Positions 25,716 to 40,460 of a DNA stretch of 64,000 nucleotides are shown here, piece by piece (within the stretch, counting starts at the first letter, position 1; every line of letters starts with the position of its first letter). Origin of the DNA: Octopus vulgaris (Eukaryota); assembly GCA_951406725.2 (NCBI GenBank), contig OX597834.1, positions 6,820,001 to 6,884,000 of the forward strand. The letters run 5' to 3'. The position numbers were made by a program, and so were the translations under genes. The notes below the pieces were generated by a model. That model made no database searches. It was not told the origin of the DNA and was given only the letters and a program-made list of their open reading frames with translations.

Positions 25716-26196
25716 CTCATGAGTTTACCGTGCATATCCACTCATTGGAATTGGTGCAGGATTATGTTTCTGTTAATCCTTTTGTAAGCACTTTATTCTG
25801 TCAAACGCAATGCTTATCTATTCACACGGTTTTAAATTACACATCTATTATCTTGCAGCTTTGAGATTTTGATATGATGGTATACTTTTTAGAATGGAGA
25901 GGCCAGATCTGGCCAGTTTGAACAATAAGACAGGTAGAATATTTTGGCCAGACACGGCCAGTTAAAAGACTAAAGGGTTAATTAATTAATTAATTAATGC
26001 ACACAGGAATTTGTTACCCTCTCCTTCCTCACTGATCTAAACATGTAAATTGGAAACTAATTTCTAGAAATGATTTCCTCTTTAATTTGAGAGTGGCTCA
26101 CATTTGCCACTGGGTTATAGTTTACTTACTCAATCTTGGGAAATTTCAATAAATTGCTTATTGTTGACAGCTTTCATTACATCACCCAGTACTTTA

Positions 26197-26230
26197 TGGG
26201 TGTGTGTGTGCATGTATATATGTGTGCGTA

Positions 26231-26303
<73 letters not shown>

Positions 26304-26572
26304 GTATATATATATATATACATATATATATATACATATATATATATATACATATATATATACATATATATACATATATATATATACATATATATATATA
26401 CATATATATATATACATATATATATACATATATATATACATATATATATATACATATATATATACATATATATATATACATATATATATACATATATATG
26501 TATATATATATATGTACATATATATATACATATATATATACATATATATACATATATATATACATATACATA

Positions 26573-26603
<31 letters not shown>

Positions 26604-26678
26604 GTATATATATATATACATATATATATATATACATTTATATATATGTATATATATATATACATATATATATATATT

Positions 26679-26710
<32 letters not shown>

Positions 26711-26727
26711 CATATATATACATATAC

Positions 26728-26764
<37 letters not shown>

Positions 26765-26800
26765 TACATATATATATATATATATTTATATATAAATATA
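26197..26800. repeat. Long (TA)n/(TACA) microsatellite
   Basis: Read directly. Confidence 0.95.
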
Positions 26801-27121
26801 TGTCTGGTAATCTCTTACCTCAAGTTTAATAGCGATTGATTAGCTATTTGAGTAAAAATAATGTTATAATAAAAATGATAAATCTCGTTAAATACAACAC
26901 AAGGTTTCCTGGTCAAAATGCTCATTTATCTCACCGTTTTTCAATCTGAGAACAAAACTGTCAGTTGTCTCTTGAGCAGATGGGTGGCTTTATTTAACAC
27001 AACTTGTAGTTTTTATTATAACATTCGACTATATATATGTATGCATATATTAGTCATTTACTTGTTTCAGCCATGCAGCTGCAGTCATGCTGGAGACCAC
27101 CGTGTATGCATATAAATATAT

Positions 27122-27540
27122 ATTCTTTTATTCTTTTACTTGTTTCAGTCATTTGACTGCGGCCATGCTGGAGCACCGCCTTTAGTCGAGCAAATCGACC
27201 CCGGGACTTATTCTTATTAAGCCCAGTACTTATTCTATCGGTTGCTTTTGCTGAACCACTAAGTGACGGGGACGTAAACACACCAGCATCGGTTGTCAAG
27301 CAATGTTAGGGGGACAAACACAGACATACATACACACATACACACACACACACATATATATATATATACATATATACGACAGGCTTCTTTCAGTTTCCGT
27401 CTACCAAATCCACTCACAAGGCATTGGTCGGCCCGGGGCTATAGCAGAAGACACTTTCCCAAGATGCCACGCAGTGGGACTGAACCCGGAACCATGTGGT
27501 TGGTTAGCAAGCTACTTACCACACAGCCACTCCTGCACCT
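27122..27540 (-). mobile_element. SINE family A
   Basis: Reverse complement of the family A sequence. Confidence 0.9.
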
Positions 27541-27555
27541 TTATACATAAATTAC

Positions 27556-27922
27556 ATTAGATATAAAACCACTATTAGGTAAATCAAACAGTGAAAAACA
27601 TAAGCCAAAACATAAAAATAGATATAATTAATATAATATACAAAATATATAAAATATAAAATTTAGATTATTTAAATTTATAAATATGAATTAAAAATTT
27701 TAAATTTAAATAATTTAAATTTTAAATTTTATATCTTATATACTTTGTATATTATATTAATTATATTTATTTTTAGGTTTTTGCTTATGTTTTTCACTCT
27801 TTGATTTACCTAATGGTGGTTTTATCTCTAATTGAATTTATATTTATACTGTAAAATTATATTTAATCCTAACTCAAATTTTTCCCTGTAAGTTTGGATT
27901 TACTCCCTAATATTATTATCAT
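27556..27922. mobile_element. AT-rich fold-back element P3 with a right-side tail
   Basis: Arms ATTAGATATAAAACCACTATTAGGTAAATCAAACAGTGAAAA and its reverse complement. Tail ...TTCCCTGTAAGTTTGGATTTACTCCC is shared with 62231-62510. Confidence 0.82.
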
Positions 27923-28414
27923 TATATATATATAATGTGTGTATGTATATGTGTGTGTGTATATGTGTGTATTTGTGTATATATGTGTGTGTGTATTATA
28001 TACACACATGTGTATGTGTGTGTATGCATATATATATATATATATACACATATCTATAACCATCTAAGAAGCCATAAGTCAGAAAAAAAAAGCGCTTCTA
28101 AATTTGTCTTTATTAATCGAAGTAGTCAATATTATGCCATGCAAAGTAAAATTGCTGTCTGCCACATATACAGTGCTAATTATAAAGCAACCATGCTGGT
28201 GCTGTGTAAATCCACCTGTGCCAATGCTGTGTAAACACACCTGTGCCAGTGGCACATAAATGGCACCCGGCATACACTGTTAAGTGACTGGCATTAGGAA
28301 GGGCATCCAGCCATAGAAAACATGCCACGACAGACAACTGGAGTCTGGACAGCTTCCAGCTGGTTAGCTCTATGTCAAACCATCCAACCCATGCCAGCGT
28401 GAAAAAGAGACATT

Positions 28415-28415
28415 A

Positions 28416-28446
<31 letters not shown>

Positions 28447-28501
28447 CTATATGGTGGTAGTCTCTTGTAATCTGAGAAGGATGATGATGACGATGATGAT
28501 G

Positions 28502-28551
<50 letters not shown>

Positions 28552-28710
28552 AATGCCGATGATGATGATGATGCCGATGATGATGATGATGATAATGAAC
28601 GTGTGTTGATGATGATAATGCCGATGATGATGATGATGATGGTGATGATGCTGATGATGATGATGACGATGACAACAACAATGATGCTGATGATGATGAT
28701 GATGATGATG
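28415..28710. repeat. (GAT)n array with a duplicated flank of about 45 bp
   Basis: GCTATATGGTGGTAGTCTCTTGTAA(T/C)CTGAGAAGGATG at about 28446 and 28710. Confidence 0.9.
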
Positions 28711-29149
28711 CTATATGGTGGTAGTCTCTTGTAACCTGAGAAGGATGGTTCTGCAAATTCTGGCTGAACAGCCTGTGTGACTGCACAAACGATTTGTTTA
28801 TTGTGATCAAATTCATGTGCTGTACGTTAGCTCTCCCTCATCATCCGATCAACATAACCTGAACAGGTGCACGGTGAACCACATATATCAGGTATTGAAA
28901 CAATCACAGAGCAACTTCAGGTGAAGTGTCTTGCTCAAGAATACAGAATGCAGCACCTGGTCCAGGAATTGAAACCACGATCTCACAATAACAATTGCAC
29001 CACCATTACCACTAAGCGATGCAGCCTCACACACATACACATATACATATACACACACACATGTTTGTGTATGTGTTTGTATGCACATATGTGTCTACGT
29101 CTAAGGACTTATATATATACACACACACACATAAATGTATGTGTTACCT

Positions 29150-29552
29150 TACTGCCCACAACAGGCTAAACATAGAGGGGACAAACAAGGACAGACAAAG
29201 GGATTAAATCGATTACATCGACCCCAGTGCGTAACTGGTACTTAATTTATCGACCCTGAAAGGATGAAAGGCAAAGTCGACCTCAGCGGAATTTGAACTC
29301 AGAACGTAACGGCAGACGAAATATGTATGTATATATTTCTTTACTACCCACAAGGGGCTAAACACAGATGGGACAAATGGATTAAGTCGATTATATCGAC
29401 CCCAGTGTGTAACTGGTACTTAATTTATCGACCCCGAAAGGATGAAAGGCAAAGTCGACCTCGACGGAATTTGAACTCGGAACGTGACGACAGATGAAAT
29501 ACAGCTACGCATTCCGCCCAGCGTGCTAACGTTTCTGCCAGCTCGCCGCCTT
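29150..29552 (-). mobile_element. SINE family C, partial tandem dimer
   Basis: Two units; on the minus strand the second begins at TATTTCGTCTG. Confidence 0.85.
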
Positions 29553-29824
29553 TCTATGTATGTATATGTGTGTGTGTGTGTGTGTGATTGGGTAATATAT
29601 CTTCCTATCAAAATTCTCAGAAATACTGATGATAGAGGCTATACATATTACTCCATCAAAGCCATTAGGGAGTAACACTTTAATTGCATTATATAAGATA
29701 GAGCCAATGTGATACTGGAGATATCAACTCATTATCATAATGATATTTTATAACTAGCTTAAGATAATGGCATGATAACTGTATTTTTATTTTCCCAAGC
29801 AGTGATGAATTTAGCTGTTGCTGC

Positions 29825-29870
<46 letters not shown>

Positions 29871-30057
29871 TTAATGGTTCTTCGCTCTGATTGGTTCATA
29901 TTAATGTCAACATTCATCTCTGAATATTTTCAACTCCTTTCAAAAGTTTTCTGACTGTTTGGTACACTGCCAAAAGGATCTTACACACTCATAAATGCTA
30001 TTCCATCATAAAAATATATGGGCATATAATGTATGTGTGCACGGGTTTCTGTGTATG

Positions 30058-30090
<33 letters not shown>

Positions 30091-30095
30091 TGTTT

Positions 30096-30154
<59 letters not shown>

Positions 30155-30213
30155 AGATATATATGCTTATATATATATAAATATATATATGTTTATACAT
30201 ATATATACATATG

Positions 30214-30259
<46 letters not shown>

Positions 30260-30325
30260 GTTTATAGATATATATGCTTATATATATAAATATATAAATA
30301 TATATATGTTTATACATATATATAC

Positions 30326-30376
<51 letters not shown>

Positions 30377-30398
30377 AGTTTATGTTCTTCAGACACAC

Positions 30399-30436
<38 letters not shown>

Positions 30437-30550
30437 GTATATATATATTATGGACAAGTAATTTCAAATACAGTAAAGCTGTAAGAACACCATAAAAAGA
30501 TTGGGTATCTACCTTTGTTAGATAAGAAACAGCTTCCTGTCTACTGTATG

Positions 30551-30589
<39 letters not shown>

Positions 30590-30591
<2 letters not shown>

Positions 30592-31010
30592 TTGTGATGC
30601 CTTTGGTCATGAATGACCAAGGGATTGCACCTAGAAAGTTACCCTCCGAGGCACAAATCTGGGCAAAGTTTTTTGGGGAAGAACAGTAGTTGCCCATGCA
30701 AACCAGTCCCCCCCTCTCCACACCACCGATGCTATCCAAGGGACAGACAGAAGCCGATACAGCTTTGCACTATTTATTAATGTGTAAGTGGCTGAGCACT
30801 CCACAGACATGTATACCATTAACCTAGTTCCCAGGGAGATTCAGTGTGACACAGAGTGTGACAAGGCTGACCTTTTGAAATACAGTTACAACAGAAACAG
30901 GAAGAAAGAATGAGAGAAAGTCGTGGTGAAAGAGTACACTAGGGTTCACTACCACCCCTGCCAGAACCTCGTGGGGCTTTAGATGTTTTTGCTCAATAAA
31001 AACTCACAAT
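30590..31010 (-). mobile_element. Adjacent fragments of SINE E tail (about 30590-30770) and SINE B body (about 30775-31010)
   Basis: Similar to 63030-63200 and 14835-15065 respectively. Confidence 0.75.
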
Positions 31011-31274
31011 TTTCTATTTTGAATTCAAATCAAAAAATGTTTTGCAGGTGTCATGACTATAAGTTACAATCTCAAAAAATGGGAGACCAATTCGCCTTCA
31101 AACTGAAAATAACCATCTTCCTATAAGGTGTAACTCAATGAACGATGTGATTCTAGATGTACTGATTATCTGAAATGTAGACAAAATGGTTACAGCTGGA
31201 ATTCTTTTCCCTATAGTCCTCGATGATCAAAATTGTGCTGGAACTCGACAACAAAAACAATAAATAAAATGCTA

Positions 31275-31329
31275 ACACACACACATACACACACACTCAC
31301 ACACTCACACACACACACACACTCACACA

Positions 31330-31412
<83 letters not shown>

Positions 31413-31427
31413 ACACACACTCACACA

Positions 31428-31480
<53 letters not shown>

Positions 31481-31573
31481 ACACACACACTCACACACAC
31501 ACACACACACACACTTATACATCACACACACACACACACACTCACACACACACACACACACACACTCACACAC

Positions 31574-31640
<67 letters not shown>
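31275..31640. repeat. (CA)n microsatellite
   Basis: Read directly. Confidence 0.97.
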
Positions 31641-31648
<8 letters not shown>

Positions 31649-32191
31649 TGTGTATATGATATCCTGAAAAGTAATATCTTCAGACCACCAACCAGTTCCT
31701 TATGATAAGGATGGGATCTCTGTAAATAAGAGAAGTTATATCAAACTTGCCTTCTGGAAATTACGCGTATGTTAAATAAGTTAAGACATCTCTCAGCATC
31801 TGATTGCCACCAGCGTTTCCTGGAAAAATTAGTTGCTGACAGAAGTTATATTAAGATATATTAATTTCCTGCGCAGTTACTTACTTGGATACTTCGTTAT
31901 TTGTATATGCACATAGGCGTGTGTGTGTGTGTGTGTGTGTGTGGGTGTGTGTTATGCATGTGTGCTTGTGTGCATCTGCATAACTTGTATGAATGTATGT
32001 ATGATGTGTACGCATGCCTGTGTGTATGTGTGTATGTGTGTACGTATGTATGCGTGCATGTACGTGTTCATGTATGTATGACTGTATGTGTGTATATAGT
32101 TCTTTAGTTCTTAAAGCTTTGATAAACTTATAATACAATCATATCACATTTACATGCTAATATGTATATATATATATACATATATATACAT

Positions 32192-32236
<45 letters not shown>

Positions 32237-32237
32237 A

Positions 32238-32329
<92 letters not shown>

Positions 32330-32339
32330 TCATATATAT

Positions 32340-32610
32340 TGCTGCCTGACTGGCGTCCGTGTCTGTGACATGTAAAAGCACCAACCAATCATGGCCGTTT
32401 GCCAGCCTCCTCTGACCCCTGTGCCGTGGCACGTAAAAAGCACCCATTACGTTCATGGAGTGGTTGGCATTAGGAAGGGCATCCAGCTGTAGAAACTCTG
32501 CCAGATCAGACTGGAGCTTGGTGCAGCCTCCTGGCTTCCCAGACCCCTGTCGAACCGTCCAACCCATGCTAGCATGGAAAACGGACGTTAAACGATGATG
32601 ATGATGATGA
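32340..32610 (+). mobile_element. RTE 3'-UTR fragment (family D)
   Basis: Tandem units of about 60 bp plus the terminal module and (GAT)n. Confidence 0.85.
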
Positions 32611-32614
32611 TATA

Positions 32615-33490
32615 TAGTTGAAATTTACAGAAAAACAAAAGACGAAGACAGGTGTGTGAACAACAAGCATGTGTATTAGTTTGATGCTTGGGAAAGTGAG
32701 AAAGTATTTTATGTTTCGAGCCTACGCTCTTCAACAGAAAGGAATAGGAGAAAATAAAGAGAGAGAGAATAAAAACCTTGTGGATTTTGCAATCAGTCAT
32801 GGCAACCGTTAGAGAAAAAATAAGCTTGACAGGAGAGGTAGAAAGAAGGGGAGATAATAAAGTATTGGTGATCCCAAAACAGATGCGTGTGCATGTGTGT
32901 GTATGTGAGAATGTGTGTGTGGATAGCGGCTAGTGACTTTGACGTGTGGATGTGTGCATGTGTAAGTGTGTGTATCTGTAATGTGTGGGTGTGTGGATGA
33001 TGGTGTGTGGGTGTGCGGATGAAGGTGTGTGGGTGTGCAGATAATGGGTGCCATGAAGTGGTCAGTGCTAGTGTGTTTGGAGTGGTGTAGGGGGGGTGAT
33101 GTAGTGTGGTGGTGTGTGGTGTGTGGAATGTTGGGTGTGGAAGTGTTGGGTGAGGACGTGGAGGGGGTGGAGGTGTGGGAATAGGGATGAGGTATGTGGG
33201 AGTGGTGTGAGGGTGAAGGGGGTATCAACAAAGAGAGAAGGTGGGCAGGTCTGAAGAGAGGACATAGTTGTCAGAGGAAGAGAGGAGAGGAGGGGACTTA
33301 CATGAAGAGAAGAGGGAAGTTAAGCCCATGTGGCACAAAAGAACAAAGAGAGAAGATTAATTCCTGTTCACTGCAAAGGCTGGGGTCTGGATGGTTCTTG
33401 TGAAGAGACAATCTGAACACAGACAGGTGTTGTAGTAAATGACCGGTTGAGTGAAAATGGCATGAGACTAGAATGTCATTGCTGCGTCTG
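32615..33490 (-). mobile_element. 3' end of a Neptune-like Penelope element: GIY-YIG C-terminus, 3' UTR and pLTR P4 with variant HHR
   Basis: Minus strand about 33483-33315 translates LVSCHFHSTGHLLQHLSVFRL...EQELIFSLCSFVPHGLN (cf. V..HF...H......EQ.LIF.L....P.GLN). HHR-like motif at 32741-32707. Confidence 0.82.
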
Positions 33491-33830
33491 ATATCTATCT
33501 ATATAGATAGAACAAAAATCTATTTAAAGGGATTACTATTACTAAATTCAGGCCACAATTGACAGAGAGGATATTCTTAAAGCCAAGAATTTGAACTTAC
33601 AGAGGCAATAATAAAAAAACACCTGAAGAAGCAGAATTAGATCTCATAATGCAGGGAAACAGTTGCATGATCAAGTACCTGTATGCCTAGAGAACTATGT
33701 TGTGCAGAAACAACTGCAAGCCAATGAAGTTCATTAGAGAATCATTTATTCCTTTATTAGGGAATGAATAATTAGTATAGAGATCATGTGAGGAGTGGGA
33801 TGAAGAGGAAGGAGAGCAAGAAGATATGTA

Positions 33831-33870
<40 letters not shown>

Positions 33871-33879
33871 TACATATAT

Positions 33880-34193
33880 ATCACCGTGATCACTGTGACC
33901 AACCAGGCTATCAGATGTTGCTACACATCGCTGGTCACAATGCGCTTGGTAGTGCTTTAGCCTTCAAATGACACCACCCCGCTGACTAAGCGAGCAGGCC
34001 AACAGAAGAAAGAGTGAGAGAAAGTTGTGGTGAAAGAGTACAGCAGGGATCGCCACAACCCCCTGCCGGAGCCTCGTGGAGCTTTTAGGTGTTTTTGCTC
34101 AATAAACACTCACAACGCTCAGTCTGGGAATCGAAACTGCGATCCTACAACCGCAAGTCCACTGCCCTAACCACTGGGCCATTGCACCTCCAC
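33880..34193 (-). mobile_element. SINE family B (tail type 4)
   Basis: Family B head and body with a distinct tail ending CTGATAGCCTGGTTGGTCACAGTGATCACGGTG. Confidence 0.87.
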
Positions 34194-34591
34194 ATATATA
34201 TAATATATATCGGAGTGGTTGGCGTTAGGAAGGGAATCCAGCTGTAGAAACACTGCCAGATCTGACTGGCCTGGTGCAGCCTTCGGGCTTGCCAGACCCC
34301 AGTTGAACCGTCCAACCCATGCTAGCATGGAAAGCGGACGTTAAACGATGATGACGATGATGATGATGATATACATATATATATATATGTATATATATAT
34401 ATGTGAATGTATGTATGTATGTATGTATATGTATGTGTGTGTATATGTGTATAGGTGCGCTTATTCACACAGTTATAAACTACATACTGTATACATACTC
34501 ATATGCAATTTGTGTATATAAATTTACTCTTACAAAAATCCGTGTGAATATACGACTGCATAGATAGTGTTTAGAGTGCTACTATCTACAC

Positions 34592-34647
<56 letters not shown>

Positions 34648-34944
34648 GATGGTGACAGGGGATCTTGCATGAGTGTAAAATAACTTTTTCTTTTATCAGT
34701 AGAAAATTATCAACATTTATCAGTGACAAGATTCCATTAATAATTTTACAGAAATTCATAACCAAAATTCATTATAATTTTTTCCTGTGCTACGTATTAC
34801 GCAACCACCTCAACCACTCTTCGTTCAAACTTACGTAACACACAACGGAAATGAGCTTGCTGCAGGCATACCGTGTTTCAGGAGGATTTTTTTTTCTTTT
34901 CTTGTTTAAATATATTGTTTATTGATTTTGATTTAGTGGTTGTT

Positions 34945-34956
34945 GTCATCACTGTT

Positions 34957-34996
<40 letters not shown>

Positions 34997-35314
34997 CCTT
35001 CAACACCATAATTATTATCGTCATCACCATCATCCTCATCACCGTCGCCGTCGTCTTCAGCATCATCACCCTCATCATCATCATCATCATCATCATCATC
35101 ACCTTCATCGTCATCACCTTCATCGTCATCTTCATCATCATCATCATCATCATCATCACCTTCATTATCATCATCATCGGCATCATCATCATCCGCATCA
35201 TCATCATCATCGGCATCATCATCATCATCGTCATCATCATCATCATCGGCATCATCATCTATATCATCCGCATCATCCGCATCATCATCATCACCATCCT
35301 CCTCCTCCTCCTCC

Positions 35315-35384
<70 letters not shown>

Positions 35385-35520
35385 CCTCCTCCTCCTCATC
35401 ATCATCACCATCATCATCATCCGCATCATCATCATCATCATCATCCTCCTCCTCCTCCTCCTCCTCATCATCATCATCATCATCGGCACCATTGTTGTCG
35501 TCTTCATCGTCATCATTATA
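34945..35520. repeat. (CAT)n/(CCT)n trinucleotide array
   Basis: Read directly; source of the poly-I/M/D ORFs. Confidence 0.95.
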
Positions 35521-35541
35521 GTAATAAATATTAATATTACT

Positions 35542-35775
35542 TATTTCTTTACTACCCACAAGGGGCTAAACACAAAGGGGAAAAAACAAGGACAGACAAA
35601 TGGATTAAGTCGATTACATCGACCCTAGTGCGTAACTGGTACTTATTTAATCGACCCCGAAAGGATGAAAGGCAAAGTCGATCTCGGCAGAATTTGAACA
35701 CAGAACTTAACAGCAGACGAAACACTGCTAAGCATTTCCCCCAATATGCTAGCGTTTCTGCCAGCTTGCCGCCTT
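35542..35775 (-). mobile_element. SINE family C
   Basis: Reverse complement of the family C sequence. Confidence 0.85.
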
Positions 35776-36109
35776 CTTACCACAGAGCCACACCTGCGCC
35801 TATATATGTATTCATGTATGTATATATGTGTGTACGTATGCATGTATTGCGTGTATGTATAGGTTACAGTAATGAGGGTAAGCAATTAGGCAAGACTTGA
35901 AAAGGACTTAATTTAATTTAATTTAATTTAATTTAATTTGATTTAATTTGATTTAGCTACATACAAAATGGTAAAAAAAGAAACGCTACAATTACCAAAA
36001 TAATTCCTGGTAAGCATTATTTTAATGGCACTCCTATCTGAGCACTCAGAATGCATACTTATTAGTTTGAGTCACCCTGATGAAGATGCCTTCTATCTGA
36101 TACATATGC

Positions 36110-36186
36110 ATGTATGTGTTTGTGTGTGTGTATGTGTGTACGTGGTGTGTGTGTATATATATGTGTGTGTGTGTGTGTGTATATAT

Positions 36187-36242
<56 letters not shown>

Positions 36243-36559
36243 GTATATATATGTATATATATGTATATGTATATATATATGTATATATATATATGTATAT
36301 ATATGTATATATATATATGTATATATATGTATATGTATATATATGTATATATATGTATATGTATATATGTATATATATATACATATATATATATACATAC
36401 ATATATATATCTATGTATATATACATACATATATATATGTATGTATATATATATACATATATATATATACATACATATATATATATATACATACATATAT
36501 ATATGTATATATATATGTATATATATGTATATATATGTATATATATATATATGCATATA

Positions 36560-36600
<41 letters not shown>

Positions 36601-36863
36601 ATGTATATATATATGTATATATATGTATATGTATATATATGTATATATATGTATATATATGTATATGTATATATGTATATATATATACATATATATATAT
36701 ACATACATATATATATGTATGTATATATACATACATATATATATATGTATGTATATATATATACATATATATATATACATACATATATATATATATACAT
36801 ACATATATATATGTATATATATATGTATGTATATATATGTATATATATATATATATGCATATA

Positions 36864-36901
<38 letters not shown>

Positions 36902-36912
36902 TATATATACAT
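36110..36912. repeat. Long compound (TA)n/(TATG)n microsatellite
   Basis: Read directly. Confidence 0.95.
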
Positions 36913-37343
36913 GAATGTGAGTGTATGTAGTTTAGTATGTGTGTTTATCCCAAAGGGGTTCAGAAACAGTGTGTCCTTGAGAAAAACGAATTTTTTATTT
37001 TTAAAAGCTGCATCTCACAGATAAATTTTATTCATAAATTATATTAGAAACATAATTTGCCATGAGAAATAACTTCGGGATCAACAACTCTCCCACTCTC
37101 TATCTATCAGCATCAGTGTATCTCTCTCTTTGCATATATTTACCATACTCTTTGACACACACCCTCATGCATAGCTTTCATTTTGCTTACAACCTTTTCT
37201 ACTTTTTACTTTCAGTTCATGATACACAGCTTATGCACAAAATGTTTACTTTCAAATCTTCTTTACTGATTGGGTAATGAAAATATTAAAACAAAAAAAA
37301 TATTCCGTTGTCATTGAATTACGTTTTGTTATGTGTTTGAAAA

Positions 37344-37741
37344 TCTCTCTCTATATAAAGCTGAAGTTGTCTGTGTATGGCAGGTTTGGTAGCCTTCAAC
37401 TAACACTATCTCCTCCGAGACCCTGCGGCACAAGTTGACCAAAATTAAGAGTATGATAGAAGAAGGCTTGCTCTTCATTCCGTAGAAGAAAAAATTCAAA
37501 TCGGACCATGCTAACACCAAAAATTATTTACATCAAAAAGGTGCTTTTTGTCTATGAAAATCCCTATTTATTACGATTTTTTGACTGCTGTGTCGCCATT
37601 TTTCGGTGTATTTTAACCAGAAAAATGTTCACTTAAAGAGAATAACAAGCTACATAATGCAAAAGTTTTACTTTTCAAAAATTCCAATTCTAAAGTCTCG
37701 AAAAGAAAACAAGTCCGAGCAACGCTGGGCAATAGTGCTAG
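37344..37741 (+). mobile_element. Non-autonomous Helitron
   Basis: Begins TC(TCTCTC)TATATAAAG after a host A, has a subterminal hairpin GTCCGAGCAACGCTGGGC, and ends CTAG before a host T. No TSD. Confidence 0.78.
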
Positions 37742-37859
37742 TAAATAAATAAAGTGGAAATTGTAATTTTCATATTTTATTTTGTTTTTAACATTTTTTT
37801 TTATCATTTACTGGTTTCAGCCCAGGGCTGAGATCATGCTGGTGCACCACTTGTAGTTA

Positions 37860-38295
37860 ATCAGTGTTGTTTCTGATAGTAGTTTTGGTGAAGTAGCGAG
37901 TTGGATGTAGCTGCTCTTCTTCGGCCATGATGTGGGTTCATCTGGTATCTCTCTCAGATAGAAACCTGTCCAGATATTCCTTGTAAACCTCCACATCAAC
38001 ACCATGAGGATCTCCAAGGTTGCCTGGAAGGATGTTGAACAATTGTGGGCCCTTGAGACCTAGGCTAATGCAGTACTGTGTCCTTATTTTAGATGGGGAA
38101 GACGGGATCTTTGGTACGATCCAGTGCCATCCAGTTCGAGGACTGGTATAGCTGTCAATTTCAAATTTGGGAGCTAAACCCTTCAAGATCTTCCAAATAC
38201 ATATCACCACATATCTCTCCCATCTTTTCTCCAGGGAATAGAGACTCGGCTCCTTTAGCCTCTCCCAGGAGCCCATCTTTTGCATTGAGTCAATC
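37860..38295 (-). mobile_element. CR1-group LINE ORF2 C-terminal fragment
   Basis: WERLKEPSLYSLEKRWERY...WKILKGLAP...GPQLFNILP...YKEYLDRFL and PDEP. Confidence 0.85.
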
Positions 38296-38379
38296 TCCAC
38301 ACAGCCACTCCTGCGCCTATATACATTTATATATGCACATATTGTATCACATGAATGCATGCATGTGTGTATATATATA

Positions 38380-38790
38380 TCGTTGCCAGCGCCGCCTCGA
38401 CTGGCTTCTGTGCTGATGGCACATAAAAAGCACCATCCGAACGTGGCTGATGCCAGCGCCGCCTCGACTGGCTTCTGTGCCAGTGGCACATAAAAAGCAC
38501 CATCTGAACATGGCTGATGCCAGCGCCGCCTTGGCTGGCTTCTGTGCTGGTGGCACGTTAAAAGCACCAACTGATCGTGGCCGATGCCAGACTCCCCTGG
38601 CACCTGTGCTGGTGGCACATAAAAAGCACCCACTACACTCGCGGAGTGGTTGGCATTAGGAAGGGCATCCAGCTGTAGAAACACTGCCAGATCAGACTGG
38701 AGCCTTATGCAGCCCCTGGCTTCCCAGACCCCGGTCGAACCGTCCAACCCGTGCTAGCGCGGAAAACAGATGTTAAACGATGATGATGAT
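38380..38790 (+). mobile_element. RTE 3'-UTR fragment (family D) with tandem units of about 61 bp
   Basis: Repeats of GGCACATAAAAAGCACC...GCCAGCGCCGCCTCGACTGGC followed by the terminal module. Confidence 0.85.
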
Positions 38791-39527
38791 ATATATATGA
38801 AATGCAGTTAGTCCGGCATGCTAAAGATTTTGCCTGCTCACCACCTACATAACAACAGCAACAACAACAATAATAATGATAATGGTGATGTTGATTATGT
38901 GGATGATGATAATTTTTACAATGTTACCACAAGGGCTTGAAGTTAGACGAAAGAATGTTAAACTTTCAAAAGGGATTACAGAAAAGAAAGGTTAACCTGC
39001 TGTATAAGAAAATAAATAAATATAAACATTAGGAAATTGAAAGGGTGGCACGAGAAATGTTTTATAATGCATGAAAGGAAATACGAGGGATTTTAAAGGT
39101 TAAGATGCATTCACCCAACATGTATGCACATGAAGAATACTTACACGCATATCTAATAAATACATACACACATGCTTTTGTGCATATGTGCACTCACACA
39201 CATTTATGTAAACATGCAATCACACATGTTTGAGTGGAAATAATTTTTAAAATGCAATAAACCAAATTAGTGAAGCAAAATATAATTTAAAGGAAATGAA
39301 ATGCGAAGCTTAATTAGTTATGCAGAATAACAGCATTTGAAGATCCTCTTCATTCTTGCAATTCCTCAAATTGGTTTCGAGTGCATCCTACTGCACCTCT
39401 AAGCAATCTTTGAGACATTTGGTTTTGAGAAACCTTAACATCTTGAGAATATTGCATTTTAAGTGAAGTGATATGTCTTTGCTTTAATTTCATCTGGTTT
39501 CTATAGATTAATTGAATAAACCACATA

Positions 39528-39952
39528 GGCGCAGGAGTGGCTGTGTGGTAAGTAGCTTGCTAACCAACCACATGGTTCTGGGTTCAGTCCCAATGCGTGG
39601 CATCTTGGGCAAGTGTCTTCTGCTATAGCCCTGGGCCGACCAAAGCCTTGTGAGTGGATTTGGTAGACGGAAACTGAAAGAAGCCCGTCGTATATATGTA
39701 TATATATATAAGTGAGTGTGTATATGTTTGTGTGTCTGTGTTTGTCCCCCTAGCATTGCTTGACAACCGATGCTGGTGTGTTTACGTCCCCGTTACTTAG
39801 CGGTTCGGCAAAAGAGACCGATAAAATAAGTACTGGGCTTACAAAAAAGAATAAGTCCCAGGGTCGATTTGCTCGACTAAAAGGCGGTGCTCCAGCATGG
39901 CCTCAGTCAAATGACTGAAACAAGTAAAAGAGTAAAAGCGAGAGTAAGAGTA
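39528..39952 (+). mobile_element. SINE family A
   Basis: Full-length match to family A. Confidence 0.9.
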
Positions 39953-40159
39953 AACCAGTGTTTGTATGTTGTTTATATTCTGAACCTAACAGATTGTGGG
40001 TCGTGACACCTTTGGGGAGTCCATGATACCAGAGAAATATAATTTTGTCTATTAACAGTTTGTTTTATTCTCAAAGAATGGTGAATCTCAAATTGTCTCT
40101 GTTCTCTTTATTTTCTTCATTGTTTTCCTGAAGAGGGGCACCATATAATTTTTACTTAC

Positions 40160-40377
40160 CTTTACTTTTACTTGTTTCAGTCATTTGACTGCGGCCATGC
40201 TGGAGCACCACCTTTTTTGTCGAGCAAATCGACCCCAGGACTTATTCTTTGTAAGCCCAGTACTTATTTTATCGGTCTCTTTTGCCGAACCGCTAAGTGA
40301 TGGGGACGTAAACACAGCAGCATCGGTTGTCAAGCAATGCTAGGGGGACAAACACAGACACACAAACACATACACTC

Positions 40378-40460
<83 letters not shown>

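Noticed and set aside
34825-34865. Minus-strand GTAAGT donor (another near 31880)
   Set aside because: No convincing acceptor or reading frame.
34933-35559. Acidic poly-D/E ORF
   Set aside because: (GAT)n/(GAG)n microsatellite; the ORF starts in a SINE tail.
36077-36110. CTGATGA AGAT..ATCT GAT ACATATGC, HHR-like
   Set aside because: A14 and U16.1 are both altered and there is no stem I; not distinguishable from chance.
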